A stretch of DNA of 64,000 nucleotides from Vicugna vicugna. Taxonomy: Eukaryota. The stretch lies in NCBI GenBank assembly GCA_013265495.1, contig MU058636.1, forward strand, positions 4,189,741-4,253,740. The letters run 5' to 3'. Below are positions 1-13,695 of the stretch, one piece after another. The notes under the pieces were generated by a model. It was not told the origin of the DNA. It saw only the letters and a program-made list of their open reading frames with translations, and made no database searches. The translations under genes were made by a program, and so were the position numbers. Numbering within the stretch: position 1 is the first letter of the stretch; every line of letters begins with the position of its first letter.

Positions 1-1296
1 GCATTAAGCAACATACGACCAGACCAAGATTGTGGGATCAAGGTGTAGTCCAAGGAGCTTGAAAGATTTTTCCACATTTTTAACCCAGCTCTATTTAGCA
101 TTAAACCCTTAGAAGCCTTCCCCAGATAAAACCACACCATTTAATAGAGATGGTGCTATCTCTGTCATAGAGATCTAGCTATCTCTATCAGTCTAGACTC
201 AAAATACACTTTAAACTACCTTCAGTTTGACAGAAATCTTCATCCAACTAGATAATAAAACTCATGCTCATGCATTCTTATAAGCTTGAGAAGCCAACCA
301 ATTCCCTACGGGGCTTAGGCACTGCAGACCTTCCATCCGAAAGGTGAAGATTAAAATCTGTGATATTTTATTTTTGTGATTTCCACAGCCACAGAGTACA
401 TGAGATGAGGACAACACACGACGTCAGGTGCCCTGATGCAAACTGGCTCTGTGGTGGCAGGGCTGGTGGCAGCCGTTGTGGGTTTGCAGGGGTATTTAAA
501 GTCTGATGAATGAACACAAAGCGCCTCACTGGTATCATCTAAGTGACTGTGACATAATTTATGCTCCAATTATGAAACTCCAATAAAGCCAATAAATCCA
601 GGCCAATGGCAAGGAAATCCCAGATGCTAGGCCATTCTGCACACTAAGTACAAAGGCCTCAGTGAATTTACGATCTCTCTGTCTCTGACTCCTTTCTCCC
701 ACTTCGGAGATTAGTTTCTCTCTTTAATTCTATCCTGCAATATATGCAGGCTAAAACTGCCTCACAACCTTATCCATCATTAATCCTTAGATTAATTTCA
801 GCATTTGAAAATGCTAAGATGCCAAAACTTAAAAAAAATACGACTTTGCTGTCTGTTTTACTAATCACTGGCATCTTTGTCTCCAGAGATAAGTGCAACA
901 TTAATCAGAAATTCAAGGAAGCATTTTCCATGTTGATTTAAGTGGGTTTCTGGGGTCACTCACGAAAAGCATGAAGCATTCACTCATTATTCTGCATACA
1001 CTAAGTTGCCAAAAGGTTATTTTTCATTTTACGATTTCTCATTTTATGATCTTATAATTCAAGTTACAGTTTTAGTCCTTAATCAAAGTAGGATTAAGAA
1101 ACACAGTAGCTTCTAACTTACAGGAAAAATTGGCTTTACTTAAAGGAAATTATTTCATAAATTCAATTAGCACTAAGGAAAAGGCAGGAAAAAAGAAAAA
1201 TTTTAAATGTATTCAGCACACCAAAGTCTCATAGAACAAATACTTAACGAATGAGTGAAAGAAAACAACTCATGGAGATAACAGCTACAGACTTAC

Positions 1297-1420
1297 GTGT
1301 CTTAACACTGAGCAAAGCTAAACCTCAGGATGCGTTTTTTCTCTTCAGTTATCAAACCTAGAACCTGGATATCACTGTCTGATGAATTACCAAAATCAGT
1401 AGTGTATCAAATAGGTATAG
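1297..1420 (-). ncRNA. Candidate non-coding exon (124 nt) of a putative minus-strand spliced transcript
   Basis: Minus-strand acceptor ttacctttattccaacAG and donor cac|GTAAGT; stops in all three frames; lies in non-repeat sequence. Confidence 0.35.
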
Positions 1421-2394
1421 CTGTTGGAATAAAGGTAATTATTTTAGTGCAAGTATGTTTTTTACATTAAATATAAACAGTTATGACTACTTACTGGCAG
1501 GGTTTCTGTCTCATTTCTAATGAAGAGTACAGAGGGAGGATTGCCTATCTCTAGACATCAATTTAATTAAAAGTTAATGGGAATAGTTTCAGGTTCTGCT
1601 CAAAAGAAACAGAATGAATTTTCTTGTCATCCAGTTTCAGTTCCAGCACTACCTTTCTCAGGAGTCTCACTGAGTCCCTCATCAGGATGGTGCTCTATTC
1701 TGTCTCACCGCCCATGAAGCCAAGCAGCTCGGAGGTCGGCCGTGAATCAGTGAATAGCACCTCACCATGTGGTTTTTGGCACGACACTGAGACCAAGCTT
1801 CTGCAGTCTTAGAACTATTGCCTCAAATCAATAGGGATTTCAGAGCACTGCTGATCAGAGATGTTTCCACATATCTGTGTCCTGACGACGCCTAACTAGA
1901 TGAGAGATAGCTAGTGCTGAATGATGTTTATGGGTGAAGAGGTCAGTGCAGGTTTTGATCTTCGTTTATTTTTCTCCCTACACATAGGAGGAAAGGACTG
2001 TAAATATGTGATTACAATAATTTGATGCTTAAAAAAAATCAATGGTTGAAATGATGACAGGTAAAATTATCTATTGTGTAAACCCTCTCTACCAAAGCCA
2101 TTTCTGGTCACAGTGAAGGACTGCCAGAAGTTTTGAGGGACTTTCAGTCTCTGTCAAAAGCCCAAGTGACACAGTTAGTTCTTCCTCTGTGTAATTTAAA
2201 TCTTAACTGATTTGCCTACCTATGGGGAAAAAGAAAAACAGGCCACATTACAGTTGTGCTCAAGTCAGGAAGACTGACATGCTTTAATTCTATCTTAATT
2301 AGTGAAGTTATTTATTCTGCTGCATTTGTGTTTTGAAAGTTTCAAGAAAGACAAAAACCATGGAATGGGAAAGACAGAATAACATACCAGATAA

Positions 2395-2590
2395 GAGCCA
2401 GAAAACTTACGCTCAAATACTGCTTTGTTGTGTGACTTTCAGTAAATTATTTAACTTCTCTGTGGCCTGAGCTCCTCAGTTGAAACTGGGGATGACAATA
2501 TTAGTTAACTCATAGGATGTTGAGAGGATTGAATGAGTTTATATATAAAATGTCTAGACAGTGCCTAGTACATAATAAACTATATGTAAG
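2395..2590 (+). mobile_element. MIR SINE
   Basis: Core tgtgactttcagtaaattatttaacttctctgtg...gttgagaggattgaatgag...acagtgcctagtacata. Confidence 0.8.
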
Positions 2591-2859
2591 TATCCACCAT
2601 CTTGGGACTGAGCTTTATTTAGAGTAAGTGTAAATACTGGAGAGGATAATTCATTTACCAAAAACGGCAACAATTTCATGAATATGAGCATATTAAATAC
2701 CAGAGAAATTAAAAAGGAGAGTTATATTCCAACAACATGTGTAAAAGAAGAAATTTTACAAATCTATAATTATTTAACTTATTCTAAAAGCAGAGATATT
2801 GGTAGCATAACAAATTGAACAAAAAAATTTCAGGTAAATTTCCAATAGACAATGACTTA

Positions 2860-2980
2860 GAATGGTGATTTTCATCCTTGGTTCATGTTAGAATCTCCTA
2901 GGAGAACCCGTGAGCCTCATATTGGGGGCCCAGGCCTCTGCAATGTTGAAAAATATCTCTAAGTGATTCTAATGTAAAAT
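2860..2980. mobile_element. MER5-like hAT MITE fragment
   Basis: ttagaatctcctagg...ggggcccagg...aagtgattctaatgt motifs. Confidence 0.4.
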
Positions 2981-3989
2981 GAAGATAGACAAGAGACTTA
3001 AGAGAATGAAGGGGAGCCAAGATCTGGATTCTGGGGTGGGGATGAGATTTGGAAAAGCTGCTCAGGCAGCTGGACTCATAGGGAATTTCACTCAGCATTA
3101 CTAAGTCACAAACCAGAATAATCCATTCAAGTCAGATCTATTCATCAACTCGTTACTGAGTGTTCCTGTTTTGGGTTTACATAAAAAAAAAAGTGGTGCT
3201 TATTTTCAAACCTACTATAATCTTTTGCTCTGACATAGGGTGAGAGGAACTGGTTTCTATAAAGAAAGTTAGTCAGTAACTCTTTCATCATAGCGAGTCT
3301 TACTTTCAAGACTAGTAATACATCCTACTTTCTTTTGGTTAGACAATATATACACATACACGTATATTCTGAATCTTTTGGCAGTATTCGAAAATACTGA
3401 AAAAAGCCTGAAATTTAGTACCTCTCCAGCTCCCACCCTCTTTCTCTCTTGTAAAACCACTTTGGTAGGAGTAAGGTAGAGACAAAATAAGAAAATGATT
3501 TAACTTGATGAGTAAGTTCAAACTCTGTGGGAGTTTGAGAGGCTGAACTAGGTTTCTGAATCTTTACAAGTGACCCTAATCATATTAAAATAATTTCCCG
3601 GGATCAGGCCCCATCTGAAAATAAAGTGAGTTTTCCTGAAAACTTGATTAAAATTAAAGTTACTTCATAAGGAGAAGCTTTAGAAATAGTGGTGAAATCA
3701 TGACACCAGGCATATTCATTTTCTATTCATTTGAAAGAATGGGTCAGAATTTGGGAAGATTTAAAAATGGAGATGTTGTCTCTTCTAAAATTTCGTTTTA
3801 TCAAATTCCCAGAATGGAGATATTTCATTCCCAGTACTCAGCATTCCCTATTTCAGCTCATTTTTTCCCACATATCTAACCAATTAACCCAGTATTATAT
3901 TCTTTAAAAGCTTTCATTTCCTCTCCAACTTGTGATGTTATTTTGAATTCTTTTATTTATATATAGCTAGCTAGCTAGCTGCATTGGAG

Positions 3990-4690
3990 ATATAAATTAT
4001 TATTTTAAATTTACATATGTTGAGCTATTCCTGAAGTATTTATTTTGTGACATTGATTTATCTCTATTTTTGCATCAGTATCAAGCTTGATAATTGTATT
4101 TCTAACATGTATTTTAGGATCCAGCAAGATAACTTCCCTAGCCTTCCTCTTCCTTTTCACAAAAGCTACTTAGCTATTTTACCTGTTTGTTAACCTAGCA
4201 TTATAACAACTTTTAAAAGCCTATTGGAATGCCTCTTGAAACCATAATCAACTTTTAAATCATTTTGGAAACGTTTTCATTATTACATCTGCCCATCAGA
4301 GAATATGACGCACCTCTGCGGTTACCAGTCCCTTAGACCTCTCGGTAGAGTGTACTGTTCTTGTTGTTCAGGAGATTTCTGGCTGCTCGGTGATCTCTGG
4401 TGCTGTGGTGAAAGGCATTTCCTAACTGGTTATTGCTGGCATAACTGAGTTTCCTATTTCTATTTCTATATGGTTTGTGAATAAATGAAAATGTTTCCTT
4501 TCAACAAACTCACTTCTTATTTCTGTTCTATGTGTTGCATTAGCTAAAACTTCTGGAATATGTTGAATAATAAGACTATACCAGGCATCCTGGTTTTATT
4601 CTGAGTTTTATTGGAACTTCCTCTAGGATTTCTGTTTTAACTTTGAGGTTGTTACGGCTTAAAACAAATGTTAATATTTCTATTATCTTA
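3990..4690 (-). mobile_element. Ancient L1 (L1ME-like) ORF2 remnant, left part
   Basis: T-rich antisense ORF2 motifs such as tagctaaaacttctggaatatgttgaataa...ggcatcctggttttattc; resumes after the LTR. Confidence 0.55.
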
Positions 4691-4701
4691 TGAGGAACTA
4701 T

Positions 4702-5224
4702 CTGGGATAGCCAGTCTCCAAGGTGCCCCTAATGATTCTGGCCTTCTGGTCGTCACATCTTTGTATAGTCTCCTCCCATTTTGAATAAGGCTGATCTGTG
4801 TAACCAATACGGATATTACAGAAATGATGTTTTGTGACTTCTGGGCTAGTTCATGAAAGACAGTGAGACTTCTGCCGGGTAATCTTTTCCTGCTCACTCA
4901 CCCTGAGGGAAGCTAGCTGCCAAGTTGTGAGGACCCTCGAGCTGCAGTGGTGAGGAGTGGAGCATCCTGTCTTGCCAGCACGAACCTGCTAGGCCTGTGA
5001 GGAAGGCATCGTGGCAGCAGACGCTCTGGCCCACACCAGCCTTCAGATGACTGCAGCCCTGGCCGAAATCTTAGGTGCAACCTCACAAAAGACCCTGAAC
5101 CAGAATCATCCAACTCAGCCGCTCCTGAATTCCCGATCTACAAAAAGTCTGTGAGGTATCAGATGCTTACCGTTTTAAATTGCTAATTTTGGGGTAATTT
5201 GTTATCCAGCAATAGATAGCTAAC
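4702..5224 (+). mobile_element. MaLR solo LTR, MLT1F-like, inserted in the L1ME
   Basis: ccagtctccaaggtgcccctaatgat...gatgactgcagccctggcc...ttttggggtaatttgttatccagcaatagatagctaac. Confidence 0.8.
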
Positions 5225-5830
5225 CCATTTCCAAAATTAAATTCAAAATAATTTATTTAAATCAGTAATGGTAACAATCATATTAAATGCCTTTCCAATA
5301 TCTATTGAGAGGAGTCCTATTTTCTTCATATGTGATCTATCAAAGTGATGTTTTATTTCATTAGCTTGTCTAACACTAACCCATTCTTTTCTTCCTAGAA
5401 AAAAATCTCGATTATGGCAGGTGATTATTTTACTATACAGTGCTCTCTAATTTTATTTTCTAGTCCTTTGTTCAGAATTTTGTTCATGCATTTTAATAAA
5501 TGAGATTGGCCAATATCTTTCTTTTTATTAAAATAAAGAGTAACTTGCTTTTATAAGATTATCTTTTTTTCTATACTGAGATACAACGTAAAGGGAATCA
5601 TTTGTCCTTTGAAAGCTTAAAGGAACTAGACCATGAAAACGTCTGAGCCCAAGGCCTCTTGCTGTACTTCCTTTGGTAACTTTGTCAAATCTTTCCACAG
5701 TTGTGGTCTATCCAGATTTTCTACCTGAATCAATTTTTAAGGTTTATGTGTTACATAAAATGTTAACTAAACCACTCAAATTACTGGCCTATATATTTGT
5801 TTTTAGTGTTATTTGTCTTATGGTTTTAAA
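5225..5830 (-). mobile_element. Ancient L1 (L1ME-like) remnant, right part
   Basis: aaatgccttttccaatatctattgag, aaatgagattggcc, accatgaaaacgtctgagccc antisense ORF2 motifs. Confidence 0.55.
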
Positions 5831-7369
5831 AAATCTTCCTGAAATAAGAAATGGATGTGAAGAAACTGAATCCATCAGCAGAATTAAACATCCAGTGGAA
5901 GGGTGTGTCCTCTAAAGGAGAAACCAACCTTGGGGAATAATGCAGCTATTGTTTACCCAAGTGGAAATGTATTCTACAAACAGGTGAAAGAAAGGTTCAG
6001 AAGGAACTGAATCCGTGGAATCTGGAAAGCTAAATTAAGAAGGAAGCATGCTCATATATCTTATTTGCCACTCACTCCCCAAGAGAAACAAGGTTTTGTT
6101 ACTGACAGCTGAAGCAACTTACATGGACACATTAGGCCACGGAAAGGAATTAACTGTCCAGAAGCCAGCATACTTACCACTGTGAGGTACCAAATTAGGA
6201 GGAAAATTGGAAGCATTTTGGTTGCCTTTCTTACAGGATCCCTTACTCCTGTCCGGTCAGCATTCTGCTCATGGCCCAGTCTCGGCTACAGCTTTCATCA
6301 TAGTCATTATTTCCACTTACATCTCAGTTGATGTGAAATAAAGATTTTCCCTTGGCCTGTGGAGTTTAGAGCTATTCACTTTCTGAATGGTTTGGATTGA
6401 TTGAACTTGGCCCCCTGCTCAGCACCTGGCACTATACTGAGAAAGGGTTCTGACATAGTCTCTCTTTTATAACCATCCTGAAAATTCCATCAAAGGAAAA
6501 TCTCAATTCAAATATAAATATCCCTCCCCCATGGTAACTCATCACACACGGCGAAGCCTTTCCCTCATGTGTTTGGTTTCATCCCATCATGTCTATGAAT
6601 TCACACATGGAATACACACTCCAGAAACCTAGTCCTGTAGTGTATTCTCACTCCTCTGCCACTACTCCTCCCCCCAGCAAAACCTTCCACTTCAGCTTCA
6701 ATGGACTGGCCGTGAACGCTGATGATTGATGCCTCTTATCATTGCCAGCACTTCCAAATCTGCACTTTTCTTGAAGGCTGTCTTGTTTTACTAAACTTGT
6801 CAGTGATATATCCTCCTGTGTTTTGCTCACAGCTGCAGTGGAAATGTAATATCGTCCTTCCCCTTGACTAAGTAGTCTCCTAAGGTCATGAGTGATGAGG
6901 TTCTCTTTGCTCCTGAAGCCCAATAATTTAAAAAAAAGTTGTTGTTTTATCATTCAAGACCAATAAGTGGTTTATAATTTCAGCAATTTAGGGGTCTTGT
7001 GATCACCATAATATATGCTAATTAGACTCCTAAGCCCTCCACCACCTGGTCAGAATTTGAAATGCTGACACTTAGCATCAAAATCATGGCCAAGACTCTA
7101 AGAATTTCCTTAAAGATTCCGGGCCTAATTATTTCCTCATTGTCTCTTATCAGTCAGCTTGATTAGTACTTTTGTGAGGAACTACCCATTTTAAAGAGCC
7201 TGCCGCTGAAGACTACATCAGATAGTGTCTCTCTAGAAATGACTTTTCCTTCAAGTCCAAATCATCTGCCCAAGTTACAGACTATTAACATTCTTTTCTC
7301 TTCAGTGAAAAAGTTCTTGTGACTAAAGTGGTTAAAGCATTCTCCAAGTTAACAGTGAAGCAAGTCAGG

Positions 7370-7615
7370 AAGGCATGTGGTACACTCTGAAAGAGCCGAG
7401 AGCACGGACTTAGACTCAAGTTCTCTCTCTACCATCACCAGACAAGTGTTCTTGGTGGGGTTTATGTCCTCTCTTTAATCTTGAGTTTCCATGACAGTGA
7501 AATTGGATGATAATAATAATATACATCTCCCGGGGCTATTGTTCATTTTTTTAAAAATATAAAATGGCATACTTGAAAGTGTTTTAGAAAGCATGAAACA
7601 TCAGAGGATATTAAT
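7370..7615 (+). mobile_element. MIR SINE (MIRc-like)
   Basis: ttgagtttccatgacagtgaaattggatgataataata...catctcccggggctattgt. Confidence 0.6.
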
Positions 7616-8464
7616 AACTATTCTGCAGCTTCTCCTGTTGCAGGAGTATGGAAACATAACGTGCTTTTGTTTAACATATTCACACATTGTGCCCCTTGAA
7701 GAGAGTTCTAGACATGCCTTATGTCAGGCTACCAGGATCACTGGTCTAACAGATCAGCTTGTGCTTTTATTCTCTTTCTTTGATATGAACCTGTAGTCTT
7801 GCCAAGGGCAGGATAATTCAGCCACAGAACATCTGCTTATTAATTCTTCATCATCTCTTGGCTGGTTATGTTCTCTTTGTCATCTCTAATTTTGTTTGCT
7901 TTGTGTTTGTGTTTTTCTATTTTTTTTTATTAACTTTGCTAGAAATTTATTTTATGAAATTAAAAAATAATCAGCTTTGGTTCTATGCATTTTAGTAATT
8001 TCAATTTTCTAATTTTTCAACTTAAAAAATTTTTCTTTCCTGTGTTTATTTTTTAACTTGAGTTGAATGTTTAATTATTTTTCCCCCAAAAGGAATACGG
8101 TCTTTCCCAAACTAATAAATAATCTTAAAATCACAATGATACAGAGAATATTTATATTTGTAAATAATTGCTCTTTCCTGATATAGCCATGAGACATCAT
8201 ATATATAATAACATCCCTGTTGTCTTATGGGACATTTATAGGGCTTTAAAAAGTGAGTTCCACAATGATCTTCAGCAAGATCATTGCTTAAATTTGTTCT
8301 CTGTGGAGGGCTTTTTAAGTCTTTCTGAGAAAGAAACAGAAAATAAAGGAATATCTCAATAAACTACATCTCTTGTCCCTTTCCTTTTTTTTCTGTGTCA
8401 AGTTCATCCTTTGCTGTTGGATTTGCATTCTCTAGCCCAGGCATGACACTTAAAAAAGCAAATA

Positions 8465-8758
8465 CAGTTGGGCTCTCCGTATCTGCAGGTTCTGCATTCA
8501 TGAATTCAACCAACTGTGGATTGGAAACTTTTTTTTTAATTCTAGAAAGTTCCAAAAAGCAAAACTTGAATTTTCTACACGCTGGCAACTATTTACATAG
8601 CATTTACATTGTATTAGGTAGTAGAAGTAATCTAGAGATGATTTAAAGTATACGGGAGGGTGTGCGTAGGTTATATGCAAAGTTTATGTAAGGGATTTGA
8701 ATTTTGGTGCCTATGGGATTCCTGGAACCAATCCCACATGGATACCGAGGGTTAACTA
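8465..8758 (-). mobile_element. MER2B-like Tigger/mariner non-autonomous DNA transposon
   Basis: TIRs cagttgggctctccgtatc / gataccgagggttaacta with TA on both flanks; internal aactatttacatagcatttacattgtattagg; inverted homolog of 15356-15668. Confidence 0.85.
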
Positions 8759-9877
8759 TATAGTTCAAATACATATTGCCAAGAAAAATGAAAAACGTGC
8801 TAATTCTTATTGTTTATTAGTAGGAAAATATGAAGGTAGCCTGCTTTTGTTAGTGAATCTGGATTAACTTACATTGATTCTGTTACTACCAGACAAGCCA
8901 GATGAAAATGTTAATTTATTTGGGTGAATTTGTACCAATATCTCTTAATTAAGAGGTGTGAGATATGCCTCCTTGTATCATCTGTTTCATCATCAAAAAG
9001 CTCTCATCCTCAAGGGGGCAGAAAAGTGTTATTTCCGTGCATGTTACTCTGCCCACAGTGTGTAATGTGTTGACATAACCATGACATGCCTTTTAGCTGC
9101 AGCACAAACAGAACTTGCCACGTGTCTTACACTCCTGATTCCTTTGTCTAAAACAGCTTCTGGATATTTAGCTGCCACAAAAACACACAAGAAATGGAAC
9201 AGCATTCTACCCTAGTTTAACCCACACCTAGAACATCAGACATGCTAGAATAATTATGTGTCCAGTGTATTTTCTAAATTTTTTATGGAACCAGTGGGTT
9301 GCCTTCCTCTATTAGCTACTGGAGATTCTGAATCCACCAAGTAATGAGATGTAGAGTTAAAAGATGTCCGTCTTATAAAAGAGGGCAGCTGTGAAGCAGA
9401 GGACCTCCCCAGTGAGTTCTTTTCATACTGTGGACACCAAGACAGTCTTTGCATACTCCGACAGCTGTTATTTTTAGAACTCAAGACTACTGTACACACT
9501 GTCCCCCTCTGGGCAGCATTCTGCATTTGCATCAAGAGTAGCTGAGGCATTAATGATTCTTCTCTGCCAGCGAGAACTTTCTGCAGCTGTTGTTCCCAGG
9601 AATACTACTCCTGGGAAGTCTTCTGAGGAGCACAAACAGGCCCTCTGGATCTAATATTTCTCCCACTGATCTGAAAATATGCCTGGAAGTGTGAACTGTA
9701 TAAAGACCTTATGGTATCTGAAAGAAGTAGCAAACTAGCTAGCAAGAATATTAGCTGGAATTAATTTATCGCTCCTTAGCAGAGGAAATGAGACCCAGAA
9801 TGGAAAGATTTTCAGAGCAGAAGTCAGAGAGATCTGGAGGTGGAGCAACTAGAGGTCAGGATGGAAAGCTGTGTAAC

Positions 9878-9950
9878 TTCATTCAGTTACTAATCCAGTG
9901 CTGCCCATCTACTATGTGCCAGGCACCACGCCAGGTGGTGGGGTTACAAC
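9878..9950 (-). mobile_element. L2 3' end fragment
   Basis: ttcattcag...catctactatgtgccaggcacc. Confidence 0.55.
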
Positions 9951-11244
9951 ATGAAGTGCGCTCAGGGGCCACCTCAGTAGCTTTAGGTGTGGAGGCAGAT
10001 GACAGGGTTAACCAGCCACTCTGAAAAGTGCATGGGTTGAGGAAAGTATCCTGCAGTTGTGTTCGTGGGCACATGGCCAGGTCAAGACAGGCCCCAAACA
10101 ATCACCTCTTCCAATCAGTAAATGGTTTTTGGCAGCTGAACGCCCAGCACGATTCCCAGCAGTGCCTCTCTGCACTTTGCTCACTCACTTACCCCTAACC
10201 AGAAGTATCTATTCTGGCATATCTGGAGTGCGGCTTTCTTTCTGAGCTCTGGGTTATTCACAAGAATGTTAAATTGAAACAAATCTATCAGAAACACTTT
10301 CTAGATAGCTCACCAGAGAATGGTGCTAATTCTTCTTTAACCTTCAGGAAGCAAAGCACTATGATATCACCTTAATTAAAAATAAATTCTAATGAAATGC
10401 CTGATGCAAATGCAAAATGGCCTACTGGCAAAATTCACTCCATGCTTTGAAATTAATTCCAAAGCTCACTGGCATTTATCTTTGATTTAGAAAGGGGAAA
10501 ATTGCTTTCCTTTTTGTTCTTTAAAATTTATGTAACTATTACAGAGGGAAAATTAGAGTACATGATGTATAGAAATTGAATGATAACTCAGGGCAGCAGA
10601 ACTCCTTTTCCAGAAAGTCAAATGTCATGTGCCTTTGAGCTGATAAGTCTTCTTTGAGATCCTTAGAAAGACTTTTTTCCTTTCTTCCTTCCTCTTATAT
10701 TCTCCAAATTAAATTTTCATCATTTAAGGAACTTTAGTTGTTTTCTTTCTATGAAGGCTAGGCCAGAATAGTATCAGGTTCTCTGAGAAATAAGTAGGTC
10801 ACATGAATATACTGCAAAATAGGATTTGGTGCTCACAAAGAATTGGATGAAAATTACTGGGAAAACAAAAGTCAGGCATTTGAGGATGGTGATTAAAATC
10901 CAACATTGCCTGAACTGAAACATGAGCCACTGGATTTAGAAATTAGGAGGCCATTGATGACTTTCCTAAATGTAATGAGTGCATTTCTTTCTTTATAGAA
11001 TCATCTGAGGTTTAAGCGCACTTTACACCAATTTTAATTTTTTCTGATTGCAATTAGGATTTTAAAAAATGTATAGAAGGGGGTTTGGCTCATTATATTC
11101 TAGGGTAAGAGAGATAAGACTCAGTGAAGTTTGGTTTCTGTCCTCACCTTATTTAAAGTTTACTTCCTAGCCTGGCCTACAAAAGTAGGTAACAGATGAC
11201 GTATGTCTCCTAAGACAGAGTTTTTATTCAACATTGGCTAAGGT

Positions 11245-11485
11245 GTGTCAAAGAGAAACATAGACAGATACTAGTTAGGGGTGATAAAGACAGATTTTAT
11301 TCAGTATTACTGCAATAGGAGAGAGAGACATCAATAAAACTGAGCTTAACTCCAAACACAGCAAAAACATCTAGGGATTTATAGTCAAGCAGAGTGAGGG
11401 AGGCAGCGAGTAGAAAATTACTAAGAAGGGATATCAAGAGTAGGGGGATTCTTGCTAAAGGCAGGCCAAGGACTTAGACATCAAT
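11245..11485 (-). mobile_element. ERV1-type LTR fragment (MER31-like)
   Basis: tgtcaaagagaaac...cagattttattcag...gggatttatag...gattcttgctaaaggcaggccaagg; the minus strand carries TATAAATCCC and AATAAA. Confidence 0.6.
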
Positions 11486-11729
11486 GTGACTGTCTCTGCC
11501 TCTTTCTCTCTTTTGTGTTCCGCCCACATCCAACTGGAGGGCCTTTCCTGGTATATTTCTTTTGTTGCGGGAAATTATTTTCATTTTCAATCTGTGCTAG
11601 AAAGGATTCCCCTCTGGGCCAAAGATATTGTCTTCCCTGTCTAATATGCACCCCGTTCCTGGTGGCAGCAGCTCAGAATTTTTAACCTGTAGTCCTTTCA
11701 CATCCAGTATTGGGTAGAAGTCTCACCTA

Positions 11730-11846
11730 CATTGTTTCATTTGACTCTCTTAAAATCCAGCATAGCTATTATTATCTTAATTTTATACCTAGGAAAACTG
11801 GACTTCAGGGGGATAACTATCTTATCCAAGGTGGATAACTAACAAA
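11730..11846 (-). mobile_element. MIR fragment
   Basis: ctattattatcttaattttatacctaggaaaactgg...cttatccaagg. Confidence 0.55.
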
Positions 11847-13057
11847 GCTTCCCTTCCTCCACTGAGGAGAAACCCTACCTAGAAACACAGCCTACACAGA
11901 GCTTACTGCCCCTGCTCCTGTCCTGCTGTGGTGGAGTGTGAAACCTACAGGGCTCTTCTCAGAAAGAAAACATATTTGTAAAACTACTCAGAGAATCCTC
12001 TGCATGATTTTGCCCTTTGTTTTGCATACCTGACACAACACCAGAATTCCCTGGAGATCATTATGATAATAGATAAAAAATGATTCTGAGAAATGCGTTC
12101 ATTTACTCTCTGAAAAGCTGTGTGTTGCAGTTTTAAACTTCTTGAATTTATTATCTGAAATTTCTAGGCTCTGCCTTTTGCAATGGACTGCACAAAATTA
12201 TAGAAAATGGCTCTGCAAACTAAATATATGTACATGAAGATATATTAGTTTGATAATTCTGTATCACGGAATAGTACACATTTTAATCCTCAGAAATTCA
12301 ATTGGTATACTGATATAAAATTCATAAAAATGAGAAGACTGCTTTGGCTTTGATCTTCATAATGAAAGTTTGTGACGCCTTTTAAAAAACAGCACTAATA
12401 TTCTGTCTCGAGGCCCTCAGCTCTCCTTGTCACCTCTGTTGCTCCCACCCTGCAATAAGCGATCCCCTGGAATGAATGGCCCAATGCTCCACACTTCCTG
12501 TTTTGTTTGCCTTGTGGAGTTAATAATAAAGGAGCTACAAGCAGTTGGGGAACAACTCCCATTTCATTTGGTGTCCTCAAAGTGCCTTATGAGGGCACCC
12601 CTCTGTCTTCTCTTTTCTTGCCTTCTACACAGAAAAGGGAATTAAAAGGCATTTTCACCCTCCCTGCATTTGTCTTGTGGCTTCAATAATATAAAAAACA
12701 AAAGCAGAAATTTCAGCTTTTCATAAGAAGTGGCAGGAGTTTTTACTTTAAGGAGACAGAACAAAAAGTAACAGAAACACACAAATTGACAGTTAAAGCC
12801 ATGGGATCCAGAAACCTTCAAAGTTTCACTTCTAGGGTCTTTTAAAAAGAGAAAAGGCGCTCTTAAGGCTTTCACCTCCAGGTCTTAATGTACAAAGATG
12901 TTTTTGACACTTCAGAAGTGTTTGATGTTTCATATTTATGGGAAAATTTATGCAAATTGTGTTTTTTTCCCTAATACTTTGTTCAATAACAATCTTTATA
13001 CCAACAATTTCAGCAAGAGCTATACTTTAACATCTTTTAGATCTTGAGAGCACTCTT

Positions 13058-13438
13058 TGCTATAGATTGAGTAGCTGCGTCCACCCCCTCCAAATTCATG
13101 TTGAAATCTAATCCTTAACATGATGGTATTTGGAGGTGGGACTTTTGAGGGGTGATTAGGTCATGAGGGTGGAGCCCTCACTAATGGATTAGCGCCTTTA
13201 TGAAAGAAGCCACAGAGAGCTCCCTTGCCCTTTCTGCCATGTGAGAATACAGCAAAAGGACAGTGTCTGTGAGCCAGGAAGTACACAGACCCTCGCCAGA
13301 CTCTCAACAGACACCTAATTTGCTATCACCTTGATCTTGCACTTCTCAGGCTCCAGGACTGTGAGAAATAAATTTATTCTGTTTATAAGCCACTCAGTCT
13401 ACGGTATTTTGGGTAAGCAGCACAAATGAACTAAGACA
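13058..13438 (+). mobile_element. MaLR solo LTR, MLT1A0-like
   Basis: TG...CA ends; ggtatttggaggtggg, ggtcatgagggtggagccctc, AATAAA, ctaagaca terminus. Confidence 0.9.
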
Positions 13439-13653
13439 CTCACCCTGCTACTCTAGGGAATTCTAATCTTACAACAGCTAAAAATTTCATCCAAACACCA
13501 CTGACTAGGTAATGAAAAGAAATAGATGATGATCTCTGATTACTGCCTTGAGACAGATGCTCAACAACATCTGCCCACTCACTGTCCTGTAAAATGTTCT
13601 TAGGGGAGAAGGATCACCTGAGAGCTATGCTTAATTCTGGTTAGTAAGGATTG

Positions 13654-13656
<3 letters not shown>

Positions 13657-13692
<36 letters not shown>
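13657..13692. repeat. (TG)18 microsatellite
   Basis: Direct read. Confidence 0.98.
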
Positions 13693-13695
<3 letters not shown>

